DNA of 63,740 nt, counting the filler, from Stramenopiles sp. TOSAG23-6 (Eukaryota), in NCBI GenBank assembly GCA_900128565.1. It is 19 parts of 19 records of this genome, joined end to end, with 100 filler letters (N's around TTAATTAATTAA, not from the genome) between each part and the next. Parts side by side here need not be neighbours in the genome. Positions count along the whole stretch, not along the records: positions 1 to 3,272 come from LT637578.1; positions 3,373 to 6,643 come from LT637579.1; positions 6,744 to 10,014 come from LT637580.1; positions 10,115 to 13,385 come from LT637581.1; 15 more parts are not named here. One strand, written 5' to 3'. Positions 1-11,110 of the stretch are shown here, one piece after another. The notes under the pieces are model-generated. The model saw only the letters and a list, made by a program, of their open reading frames with translations. It did not search any database and had not been told where the DNA came from. Position numbers and translations under genes: made by a program. Each line of letters opens with the position of its first letter. The first letter of the stretch is position 1.

Positions 1-495
1 AGGCCGTACTGGAAGTGGTACTGGACTTCTGAATCTAAAGCTATAAGGTGGAAATCTGTGTATCAGCTTTGAGATGACTAAGTTTAATGTAATTCTTGTT
101 AGACCAGTCTTGTCGAGAAGTTCAGCCCATCGTGTTTGCTCTTGTGTACTCTGGCAGCTATTCGCCATATAATCATGAAATGTCTTACTCAATTCTAACC
201 ACAAGGTATCAACATCGTTTTCTTTAAAATAAGCTTCCATTGTACCAGATACACCCATAGCTAGTGGTTCTGCGTCAGACATGCGCAAATTGGTATGTTT
301 TATCTTCATAAGCTTGTTTAAACCAACTCTCTCGTCAAGCTCAATTACATAGCGTTCACTTGACTTGTCAAAACTTTGCACTGTGCCGATTTTACCATTG
401 TGCTGTTTCTGCGACTTTAAACCAACAAACTCAATACGAGAGCCTATTGTATAGCTATCAGCATTGCTTTCATCGTCACTCTTTGATTCACTCAT
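1..495 (-). CDS. Uncharacterised protein, N-terminal SH3-like beta-barrel region (3' partial)
   Basis: Same ORF as 43694..44236; IGSRIEFVGLKSQKQHNGKIGTVQSFD..RYVIEL..KIKHTNL pattern. Confidence 0.6.
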   Translation of the reverse strand, partial: MSESKSDDESNADSYTIGSRIEFVGLKSQKQHNGKIGTVQSFDKSSERYVIELDERVGLNKLMKIKHTNLRMSDAEPLAMGVSGTMEAYFKENDVDTLWLELSKTFHDYMANSCQSTQEQTRWAELLDKTGLTRITLNLVISKLIHRFPPYSFRFRSPVPLPVRP

Positions 496-909
496 TGAGC
501 ATTAGATTCGATTGTTTCTGTCAGGATTGAAAAGACGAATAAGAGAAACAATATTACAACCCAATTCCCACTTTTTAGTAGAGAAAANTTATGTGTAGAA
601 TCATAACCATTACCTTGTATACTGTCCTTATACACCAGCAATGCAATTGTCTTACAACTGAAATTATTNGCAATGTATTCTCTTACTAAGATATACTAGC
701 GCGGCAAGCTGACGAAAAAACGATTTTTTTCGTACGAAAATTTGTACTTAACAAATAAATTAAACACGCATATATGCGTGTTTAATCGGTTATTCGTGAT
801 AGGTCCTATCGGGTATCTAAATCTCTCAATAATCTGAAATTTTTCTTCGAATCTTTCGACAAAATTCGTATCTATTTATTAGCAACATCTCTTACTATTC
901 TTCTCCAGT

Positions 910-2443
910 ATGACTATGACATCTAGATCATCAAAAATAGAAAATAAATATGTTTCTAGAAAGCAGGTAATAAAAGATAGTGAGTATTTGAAATTCTTGC
1001 GTAAAGATTCTCATAGTAAGTTATACCAAAAAGACTTTACAGTAGACTTCCATTGGCGACTCAGAGACAGTCAAGATTTGAAGAGTATTCAAGACAGAAA
1101 TATGGCACTTGATGCCATAGAAATTGGNGAGATGTTAAGTGCAAGTGGTAAATATGAAGAAGCATTACGTGTATTTCGTCATGTAAGAAAAGAAACAGAA
1201 AGAATAAATGATAAAGAAGTCGAGGCNCTGAGCTTGGCAAGTATTTGTAGCACTGGCTTAGCACAGTCTTTGCATCTTATTTCATCTAGACATTCTAGGT
1301 TTGGACAAAGATCTTTCAGAATTGTTGCTAATTCTATTAGTGTATTAAATGAAGCAAATAATATATTTTGTTTGAGTTCAGAAAATATCAAAAATGTACC
1401 AAGATTCCAGCTTTGTGTTGAAGAGTGTAAAAAAATTCAACAACAAATTCGACTGTTCAATGAAGCTAATGACNTATCCAAAGCTGAAAGAAGTGTCAAT
1501 GATATTCCAGAAGGACCATCAATTATGAAAGTGTCAAAATATCCTGATATGTATTCAGGATATATTTATATCCGGCCTGGATTTGGAAATTGTCTNATNA
1601 AAAGTATACAAACAAAATGGTCTAAATTTTGGTGTGAAAAATGTGACAAAGATTCTTCTCTATCTTTATATCAAAATCCAGAAGACTCTATACCAACATT
1701 AGTTATTGCTACAAGAGGCCTNATTGTATCTGGGAANCCAATAATAAATAGAATCGGAAANTCACCAGCTCTAAAAAATAACGATCCAAGGATTTTTAGA
1801 TTGTATGAAAAACGTGTAGGTATGGACTTTGGTACNAANGAATCCGNGAAAAACAGTAAAAAAAATGTAAAAATACAAAGGAATCGAAANAATCAAAGAA
1901 ATCAATTTTCAGCTCTATGTGATACGTACCATGGTGAAGANTTAAAATATTGGCATCTTCGTTGGGTTTTTCGAGCTCCAAATCCTTCNCTTCAAAAACA
2001 ATGGTGTGCAGCGTTATCTTCTTCTAATCAGACTTCATCATCAACATCTATTCAAACTCTACCTCAAGCACCACAAGCACCACAAGGATCAGAAACACAA
2101 AATACCATCAACGATATAAAACATCTAAAACATCTACAAATGCAACAAAATAATGTATGGAAATTATGTACGTTTTCCTTATTGATTTTGTACCTAAACA
2201 AAAAAATTACCTTGAACATTTTGTACCTAATGATTTCTTGTACACCAAAAAAAAATATTTTTTCACAATACATTCTGTCTCTGGAATATTAATGGAGATG
2301 AACTTATTAAACGAGATAATTTTGTTGCATGTTTGTTAGTTAATACTTCAAGATTAGCTCTATCTAGAGCTAAAATCAAAGATTTGCTCAAAGTATCTAA
2401 TACTTATATTACATGGAATGAAGTTTTGACGATTTTTCGGTAA
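910..2443 (+). CDS. PH-domain-like protein with C-terminal EF-hand-like segment; exons 910-2167, 2274-2443
   Basis: YSGYIYIR..WSKFWC..FRAPNP.LQKQWCAAL PH pattern; removing element 2168-2273 gives WKLFCLWNINGDELIKRDNF...IFR*. Confidence 0.65.
2168..2273 (+). mobile_element. Non-canonical introner-like intron (T|GTACGT...ATACAT)
   Basis: Family motifs; excision extends the ORF by 56 codons; duplicated at 45909-46014. Confidence 0.75.
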
Positions 2444-2804
2444 TATCTTTAGGGTAATAGATTAGGGTTAGGGCTTTGATAATATTTTCTATTTCTACAC
2501 AAAAAAAATAAATAGATGTAAAAATGAACTCAGGTCAATAAATATTTTAAAAATGAAAAATCTTAAAACAAATCAATTTATAACGATAACTATTGATTTT
2601 GAGATCTTACTTTTCATTGAAAACACGAAATACTTTTGTTTGTCGTACGTAAAAAGACGAACATCGGGAAAAAAAGAAAAAAAAGTAACGGCAGGGTCAA
2701 AAATCTTATATTTCGTACTCGTCAAAAACTCACATAGAGTAGAAAGAAACTATTTCTTCTTCAAGGTATTTGCCTGCTTGCGTAGTGTATGCTCACTTTT
2801 TAAA

Positions 2805-3272
2805 ATGGGGAAAGATGGGAAACCTCAAGTCAAAAGCCCCAAGAACAACTTTGGTGGATATAAAACCTTTGCTCTTAATGAAGAAGTATCAGAAGACTAT
2901 AAAAAAAGAGCAAATGAACTTGCAGAAAATGTTAGATTGATAAAGGCAAGACTAAAGTTTAAAGCTTTCCGCTCCGCGTGTTTACGTAAAGGTATAGAAC
3001 CAGAAGAACTTTTACCCAAAATTGTGTCTGACTTTCGGACAGATGTCACTATAACTGTACAAGAAGCAAAAATGAGGTACGATATGTTTGAAACTAGACG
3101 CCGACGTCTCATTGGTATTGCATTGAGGGAGACAGATAATAATGATGAAGTAGTAAAGTTAGCTCAAAAGAAACTTGAAGAGAGAGAAAAAATATTACAG
3201 CAACTATTGGGCTCCAAATTAAAAAAAGAGAGATTACAATTGAAAAAAATGAATAAATCACGTCAAAAATAT
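2805..3272 (+). CDS. Coiled-coil protein (3' partial)
   Basis: ORF MGKDGK...ACLRKGIEPEELL. Confidence 0.6.
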
Positions 3273-3372
3273 NNNNNNNNNNNNNNNNNNNNNNNNNNNN
3301 NNNNNNNNNNNNNNNNTTAATTAATTAANNNNNNNNNNNNNNNNNNNNNNNNNNNNNNNNNNNNNNNNNNNN
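3273..3372. other. Artificial contig spacer N44-TTAATTAATTAA-N44 (recurs about every 3.3 kb up to 60497)
   Basis: Identical six-frame stop linker between N runs. Confidence 0.98.
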
Positions 3373-3466
3373 ATATTTCAAAAAAAATCTAAAAAAGTTT
3401 GTTAGGTACAAAATTTCGTACGAAAAATAATTTCGATTTTTTTTTGAAAAAAAAAATAAAACATAC

Positions 3467-6400
3467 ATGTTCCCAATCTGCTGCCGCGGCGATTTCTTTT
3501 TCTGTTAAGGCTGCATCCCATTTGAAAGTCTTCATTACAGCAACATTATTCATATCTCGAATTCTGGCTTCGCGAGCTTTTAAATCATGGTCTTTGTAAC
3601 TACTCAAAATAAGATATTCATACTTTGTTATTTCCTCCATTTCAGGGATTTTCTCTTGCATAAAGCACTTCATTCGGGCAACTGACTTGTGTTGATATTC
3701 CCGAAATGTTAAATCACGACTTTGCAATTCGCGCTCATGCTGCTGCTGACGAAGAGCTCCTTTTTTTTCTTCAACTTTTGCTGCTTCAACATTTTCACTT
3801 TCAAGTTTTACAATGGTATCCTTTTCAGTTTTATCGTCGTCTTTTGATTGAACTCTAAGCTGCTCTAGCTTTGCCTGAAGATATTTTTGTTTGCTTATAT
3901 TACTTGTGCATGTCTCTCTTTTTATCTGGGCCAGAATCTTCTTCATTTCATTTGCATAATGTATCTTTAAATGGTTGGCTTCCGCTATGACATCTATTTT
4001 AGCATCTTCTGCTATTCGTGTTGCTGCGACAGCTTTTAATTTAGCTGTAGTTTCTCTAGCCATAACTGATTCATTTTCCTTAATTTTGAACATTTTATTT
4101 TTCTCCCTACTAAGCTGGTTTAAACGTTTTCCCCATTCAAGTTTAAGTAACTCTACATGTTGTTGACTATTGTAGTCTTTTGCTTTACGTTTATTCTGTG
4201 CCAATGTTTCTTTGTACTTCAGCTCGAGTTCATTACGCATGGATATAGAAAATTGTTTCTGTTGACTTTCTAAATGATCATTTTGAAAATATTGCGCTGT
4301 TTCAATATGCTGTTTCAGAAAAAGAATCCAACTTTGACATTTTATTTTATGGCTTTCATTGTAGCCTTTCTTTATCTGGTAGAATTTCCGCAGTTCCCTT
4401 GTTACTTCTTTTTTTAGGTCAAATATTTTGACATCAACATCGTGAATTTTACATTCTAGTAGAGCTATATCAATTTGTTTATCATGAATTAAATTAGATA
4501 TTCGGACTTTTCCATGAGTAGTTTGATCTTCCGAATTTCGCAAAATGTCCAAATCATTTTTACATACATTCAATTCGTTTTGCAATACATTAGCCTTACC
4601 CTTCATACTTTCAATATTATTTTCAATTTTGTTAATGAACTTAAAGTGAAATTCTTCATTTTTCTTAAAACTATGTTTCAGTTTTTCAGAAGCTTCTTTA
4701 AACTTTATTTCATGCTCGCGTCTGAGTTCAGTGAATTCATTTGACTTTTGTTTTCCCAGTAATTTCAATGTTTCCGTCTCCTCAGAAAAAAGTATCTCAG
4801 TAATCTCATCTTCACATTTATGACGAAATATTTCCTCTTCTATTGCAATCTCTAAATTATGCTTTTCCCAAAGAGTCTGCCACTCAGCATGCAATATATT
4901 TTCAGAAAGCTGTTGATGTTTCTTTTTCTCTAATGAAAGGCGCTCAAAAGCAATTTTCTCGCAAATTAAACATTGTAGTAGCTCCTGTGTTCTATGTAAG
5001 TCAATTGTTTCTTTCATCATCTTAACATTGGCTTCTGTTTGATGGCTTAAAGATGTGATCGTTGCTTGGTTTGCTGATAATTGCAGTTCATCATTCGATG
5101 ATATCGATCTATACCCAGAAGTTTGTTTCATCTGTAGCAATTTCTCTTTGACTATATGAATCTTCTCTTCATACCTTGACCGAAGTAATTCGGCGGTGCG
5201 ATGTTCAGCTTTGTGCTTTATCAATAACTTTTGCTGTTCCTTTGTCAATTTTTGGGTCTTTTTTGCCAACACATTTCTGAGATTTAAAGCTTGTTCTACT
5301 TCAAGATAAGTAAGCCTTGCCTTCCATTCAGTGTTCATCATATTCTTTAGTTCATCAGTCAACTTCTCTCTTCTTGTTTGCTCTATTTTACGCACAGATA
5401 ATTCAACAGTTTCCATTTTTTGTATATAACTCAAATAAAGATTCTCTAATATTGTGGTTGATTCAGATTGTTTTTCAAGTAGCATGTGCTGATATATTTG
5501 TCTAACTTTTATAGTCTTGGTCTCGATTGTACGAATCTTATCAGCACGATCAACAAGATCTTGCTTTATTTTATTTTCTTTATCTAGTAGAGCTAACATC
5601 TTGCGATTAATTGCTTCAACCTCATCTGCGCTTTTAGAGTCTGCATGGTTTAATTGATTTTGAAGTTTTTGATATTCATCTACCCCTACAACACAATGAA
5701 GAGTTTTCTCAAAATGTATCTTCTCCTTTATTACTTTTATTTGAGTTTCACAACGAATTATTTGATCTAATGTGAGGCGATAATCCTGTATATTGCGCAT
5801 TGTGTTTTCTTCGTGGTGCAATACAGAAGAGCTGTGNTCAGNTTCNAATNTTTTGTNTTTNTTTCTGTNTTAATCGAAGATCAATAAAATCAATTTTTTT
5901 TAATCGTAGGATTAAATCATCTTTCACAAATAATTGAATATGTTTAATGAATTCTATGCATTTGTTTGCTTCGTGTTCTCTTAATTCATTTACGCGAGTT
6001 TTCAATTGAAGCATATACTTCATTTCAATAGATTTGATACGATTTGCATGTTCCACTTTTGTGTGCTGGCAATTAGCATTGTGCCTCTGAATCTCCGCTT
6101 TTGCAAGAAATGTTTTTAAACTCAATATTTGTTGACGTAAAAGTAAAAGTGTGTTTTTTTGCTCTTTGGGTGCAGTTTCCATCATATGCTTGTGGTGATT
6201 TTCTGCGTCCTCTGCATCATAAAGAGTTTTACTTAGCTTCTTTTCCAATTGCATTGTCTTCTGTGTCTCTATTTTCAATTTTACTTTCAACTTTTCTCGA
6301 ATTTCTTCTATATATTTATTATCATTACCTATTTGAATTTGAAGTGCTACTTTTGATTTCTCCGTCAAGTTTTGAATTCTTTTAATCCATGAATCATTCA

Positions 6401-6551
6401 TTGTATCAATATCATTCGTTTTCGTGATTTCATAATGCATTGTCTGTGTATCAATTGTGAATTCAGGAGACACTTTTAACAATTTGTCAACCCAAGTTTT
6501 TCTAAAAGCATCATCAATTATTTTTTGTGATTCTTTCTGTTCGCGAGCATC
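3467..6551 (-). CDS. Large coiled-coil protein, single internal exon flanked by family introns
   Basis: ORFs 3389..5821 and 5838..6482 joined across an N-rich patch; element ends at 3466 and 6552. Confidence 0.7.
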
Positions 6552-6743
6552 ATGTATTTTGGAAAAATATTCAAAAAAACAATTAAATTTGTTAGGTACA
6601 AAATTTCGTATGAAAAATAAATTCGATTTTTTTGTAAAAAAAANNNNNNNNNNNNNNNNNNNNNNNNNNNNNNNNNNNNNNNNNNNNTTAATTAATTAAN
6701 NNNNNNNNNNNNNNNNNNNNNNNNNNNNNNNNNNNNNNNNNNN

Positions 6744-7312
6744 ATCTCTTGTAAAGGTAAGTAGTTTCTTTTCAATTGAACTTATTCGAGAATATACTTT
6801 CTATTTCCTTTTTCAGAGGTCCATTTTTTTACTCAATTCATTATACACAAAATTATTGTATATACTTCTACCATACAGAACATGCTCCGTGCCACTCTCA
6901 GTCAAGTTGTGTACCTTCGAGGTATATTCGACGATGATTGTTTTACCACGAAAAGATTAGGAAAGTTACAAACTCAATTTCTCGATAAAGAAAGTGGAAA
7001 TCCAGACGTTCGAGAAATGATTGGCTGGTTAGAAGGTGCTTTTGACGCCATTAATAAAGGTTACCTTCGGCAGCTATCACTCAACATTTATGATTCAACT
7101 ACAGAACAATCTGATAATTCCGCATCTCTTCGAGTAACTCAAGCCAAAACATCATTTGGGTTCTCCACGACGCAACGTGGCATTGATCAACAAGCAAAAA
7201 CAATGGTTCGATTACTTGTGGCACTTACTGGGACACTTGGTCCTCTACCTCCTCATCGATCTGTGTCTCTAAAACTATTGTATTATAATGATATCACACC
7301 TATAGATTATAA
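6744..7312 (+). CDS. HOP1: HORMA-domain protein (Hop1/HORMAD-like), partial; canonical GT-AG intron 6757-6878
   Basis: LRATLSQVVYLRGIFDDDCF..WLEGAFDAINKGYLRQL..LGPLP..SLKLLYYNDITPIDY. Confidence 0.8.
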
Positions 7313-7412
7313 GTATGTTTTATTTTTTTTCAATTTTTTATCTTAATTTTTTTTTCGTACGAAATTTTGTACCTAACAAATTTTACAAAAAAAATATTTT
7401 TTCACAATACTT

Positions 7413-9880
7413 TGTTTAAAAGCTTTACGTATCCTTTGTAAAGAAGATCAACTTGATGTTTTTACTACGAGGCGTACGTTTTTATTAGTTATTCTTTGTT
7501 AGGTACGAATTTTTGTATGAAATATTATTTTTTTTAGAAAGGTTTTAATAGAATTATGATTTTTTTTTATTGTATCATGAATTTTTTTTTTTTTTGGTAC
7601 AATATTTTTTTTGTACGTAAAGTAAACATCCTAATTTTTTTTTTGGTAAAATATTTTTTTTGTACGTAAATATCCTAATTTTTTTTTGGTAAATACAAAC
7701 ACTAACAATTTGTCTTTCTGTCGCATATGTTTAAATTAATATGTGCCATCCGAAAAACTGGAGCTTTAGGTAGCTCTGAACATAATTTAGTAATTATTGC
7801 TCTTGCTCAGTTATATAGTGAAGCTGCAAATGTGAATGTTGATCCTACTAACCCTAACCCTAATGTGTCTATACAAAAATTAAATAAGAAAAAAAATGAG
7901 GTTTGTGGTGATTTATGGAATTGGACTTATCATTCAAATGCTAATGTACGTACGTTTTATCTTTTTTTTTTACAAAAAAATCGATTTTTTTTTTATAGTA
8001 AATTTTGTACCTAACAAATTATAGTTTTTTTTTTGAAATATTTTTCCAAAATACACGTAGTTCTGCCTTTAATGCACTTGGAAATTTCGCAAATATTTCA
8101 TGCAACAATTTTTTTCTGGTACTCGATGAACAGTATGACAATGATCCAAACTCTAACCCTAACCCTAAACAAAGTGACCCTAACCCTAAAAACCCTAACC
8201 CTAATGTTTTGAATAAAAAGATAAAACGTGAAGATGCATTACAACAAACTCTGTTATGCCTAACCCTAATCAATGAAAGTAGTAACCCTAACCCTAACAG
8301 TAACGGATCTGAAACATTAGTGACGTCACTTTTAAGTACGGAAATTCATAAGAGACGTCGATGGTGTACTCAAAAGACGTTTGGCAATGTTTTGTCTACA
8401 CAATCAAATAAAGTACAGAGCTCAACAAACCCTAACCCTAAGGAAACATCAAATGAAACATCAAATGAAACAAAAGACGACATTCGAAATTCGTTAAGTA
8501 CAAAATTACGTATGAAAAAAAATGTAGCACATGATGATTTTGATACATTACATTTTCTTCCTGACCAAAGTGACCGAAGTTTCATCAGCAGTCGTTTACA
8601 CAAAAAAAAAAAAAGCCCTAACCCTAATGCTAACCGTCCCCTAACCCTAGAGAAAACTGAGAATAATTCTAATAATTGTCAAAAGAAATCGATACAAATG
8701 CAAAACACATTTAACAAATTGCCAGCAAAATCCTTCTTAAAAGACATATTGAAATATTTAGTCAATATTGAAATAAAATTAAAGATCATTCTCAATTGCT
8801 TTGATACAAAAAATACAAAAAATCCAAAAAATCCAAAAAATCCAAAAAATAGTGGGAATGATGACGTCACTCAACAAATTCGAGATATGGGAGGTAACCC
8901 TAACCCTAATGTAGTAGCCACGAATTCTTTAGAATTAATTCATACAAAGCCTCAAGATCCAATTTCAAATATGCTCATGGATGATACTTCTATGAATGAT
9001 GACCATATCAATACATTTGTATCTTTATGTTGTGCAGTAGAAAAAATAATGAGAAGTTTATCAAATTGTACGTTTAAAAAATTCTTTTTTNTACCTAATT
9101 TTATTTTTTTTTTCGTACGAAATGTTGTACCTAACGAATTTTTATTAAAAAAAAAAAAAAAAAAAAATCACAATATATGCCCAGGTTTCCCCCCGTCTAT
9201 TCCTATTGGAATTCTTTTGGAATCTATTCTAAATATTTTTATCAAATTTCGAATAAAATATTCGAAAGATAAAGGTATGAATATGAGAAAAATTGATTTC
9301 AGTCATTTTCACGAATGTGTGGATAAAGCTGAAGCTCAATGTATTTCATTCTGTGTTGCTCATGTATGTTTTTATTTTTTTTGAATTTTGAATTTTTTTG
9401 AATTTATGTTTTTTTTTTCGTACGAAATTTTGTACCTAAGAAATTGAAATTTTTTTTTGAAATATTTTTCCAAAATACATTGCACTCGAAATAATTCTCT
9501 CGCCTCTTTATTATCAAATATTATATCACACTATAACCCTAACCCTAATAATCTTAATGATATTAATGATATTAATGATATTAATACTCTACGATTTAAC
9601 ATATTAGGTATTCATGCAAAAAATGAAATTCTATCGAATATTGATCAAGTTTTAGATTCATTACCAAATAAATCTCACACAAAAATTACAGAAATTTGTA
9701 TTGAATTTGCTATACGAAACACTGGTTCAAAAATTTGGCATGATTTCGTGTCAATATTTATAGAAAGGGTAAGATCTTTGCACGTACGTAGTGAACCAAA
9801 AAAAACAAAAAAATCAAAAAATTCAAAAAATTCAAAAAATTCAAAAGAATCAAAAACGGATGAAATAGTGACTATACCAG
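7413..9880 (+). CDS. Multi-exon helical-repeat-like protein (partial) with NPNP tracts; introns 7474-7724, 7950-8056, 9068-9178, 9364-9480
   Basis: ORFs 7727, 8005 and 9457 join in frame after element removal. Confidence 0.6.
7474..7724 (+). mobile_element. Degenerate/long family intron (C|GTACGT...CGC)
   Basis: This end restores frame (TRH-MFKLI), whereas the nearby CAT end does not; ACTAAC branch-like motif ~7701. Confidence 0.5.
7950..8056 (+). mobile_element. Family intron (C|GTACGT...ATACAC)
   Basis: Restores NANVRSSAFNAL. Confidence 0.7.
9364..9480 (+). mobile_element. Family intron (T|GTATGT...ATACAT)
   Basis: Joins ORFs 8005 and 9457 in frame. Confidence 0.75.
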
Positions 9881-9893
9881 GTATGTGTCCACC

Positions 9894-9926
<33 letters not shown>

Positions 9927-10113
9927 GTACCAAAATTTTTTCCCAAAAAAAAAATTTTAAAAAAATTTTTAAAATTTTTTGGGTAAAAAATTTTTTTAAA
10001 AAAAAAAAAAAAAANNNNNNNNNNNNNNNNNNNNNNNNNNNNNNNNNNNNNNNNNNNNTTAATTAATTAANNNNNNNNNNNNNNNNNNNNNNNNNNNNNN
10101 NNNNNNNNNNNNN

Positions 10114-10280
10114 NTAAATTGGGTAATTAAAGATGGACTCGGGCAACTCGGAGGTGTTTTATTTGCTAGTTTTATCAATACCCGTTTTGATGCTGATCCA
10201 AAGCGATGGCGTATGGTCTCAGCAATATCATTAGATATTGCCGGTTTCATTGAAATGTTGACACCTTTATTCCCTTCATA
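10114..10280 (+). CDS. RUS1/DUF647 (root UVB sensitive) family fragment
   Basis: NWVIKDGLGQLGGVLFAS..FDADPKRWRM..IEMLTPLFP. Confidence 0.8.
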
Positions 10281-10472
10281 CGTTCTGATTCATTCATTTC
10301 AATTTTTAAAAATATTTTTTTTTTCATACGAAATTTCGTACCTAACAAATTTTACAAAAAAAAAATATTTTTTCACAATATGTGTACGTTTTTCAGCATG
10401 AATTTTTTACGTACATTTTTTTTTTTTGGTAGAAAATTTCGTACCTAACGAAACATTTGATTTGAATGTACA

Positions 10473-11077
10473 ATATTCTCCTTTGAACATTTTTACCTGA
10501 AATTGCTGCAAAGTTGTTAGCCATGGGTTTAGATTGCACCGGAATTCTTTCTGGGATGTTAATAACATTATTTAAGAATAATCTGAATGATTCTAATGTA
10601 TTTAGAACTTGGGATTTGATATTTCTTTTTGAAAATAATCCAGTGGTATGTACGTTTTCCTCATGAATTTCGAATTTATTTATTTTCTCATACGAAATTT
10701 TGTACCTGACAATTTTTTTTAGATTTTTTTTGAAATATTTTTCCATAATATATTTGGTTTAGTTTTAACATTCTTTGAAGAAGCAAGTTTTGAAATATTA
10801 TATTCTAATGTAGATATAGAGGCTTGCTTAATGGCACATGTTGAAAAATGGAGAAATGCAGAGGATGTTAGTGCTATTTTAAATAGGGCTCTACTGTACG
10901 TCTTCAAAATTAAGTGTTTCCCTAGATTAGTTTTCATACGAAAATTTGTACCTAACGAATTATTTTCCAAAAAACAAATATATATATATATATTCACATT
11001 ACATTTGGGCGACTCACTTTGATTATAATAACATCAATGCGATTCGACGAACTGCGAAAGGATTTTTTTATTATTAA
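10473..11077 (+). CDS. Rab-GAP TBC-domain-like C-terminal exons; introns 10650-10753 and 10896-11004
   Basis: LITLF..VFRTWDLIFLFENNPVVFGLVLTFF after splicing. Confidence 0.6.
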
Positions 11078-11110
11078 GATTTTATAAATGAATGGTTTTT
11101 GTTAATTTTT

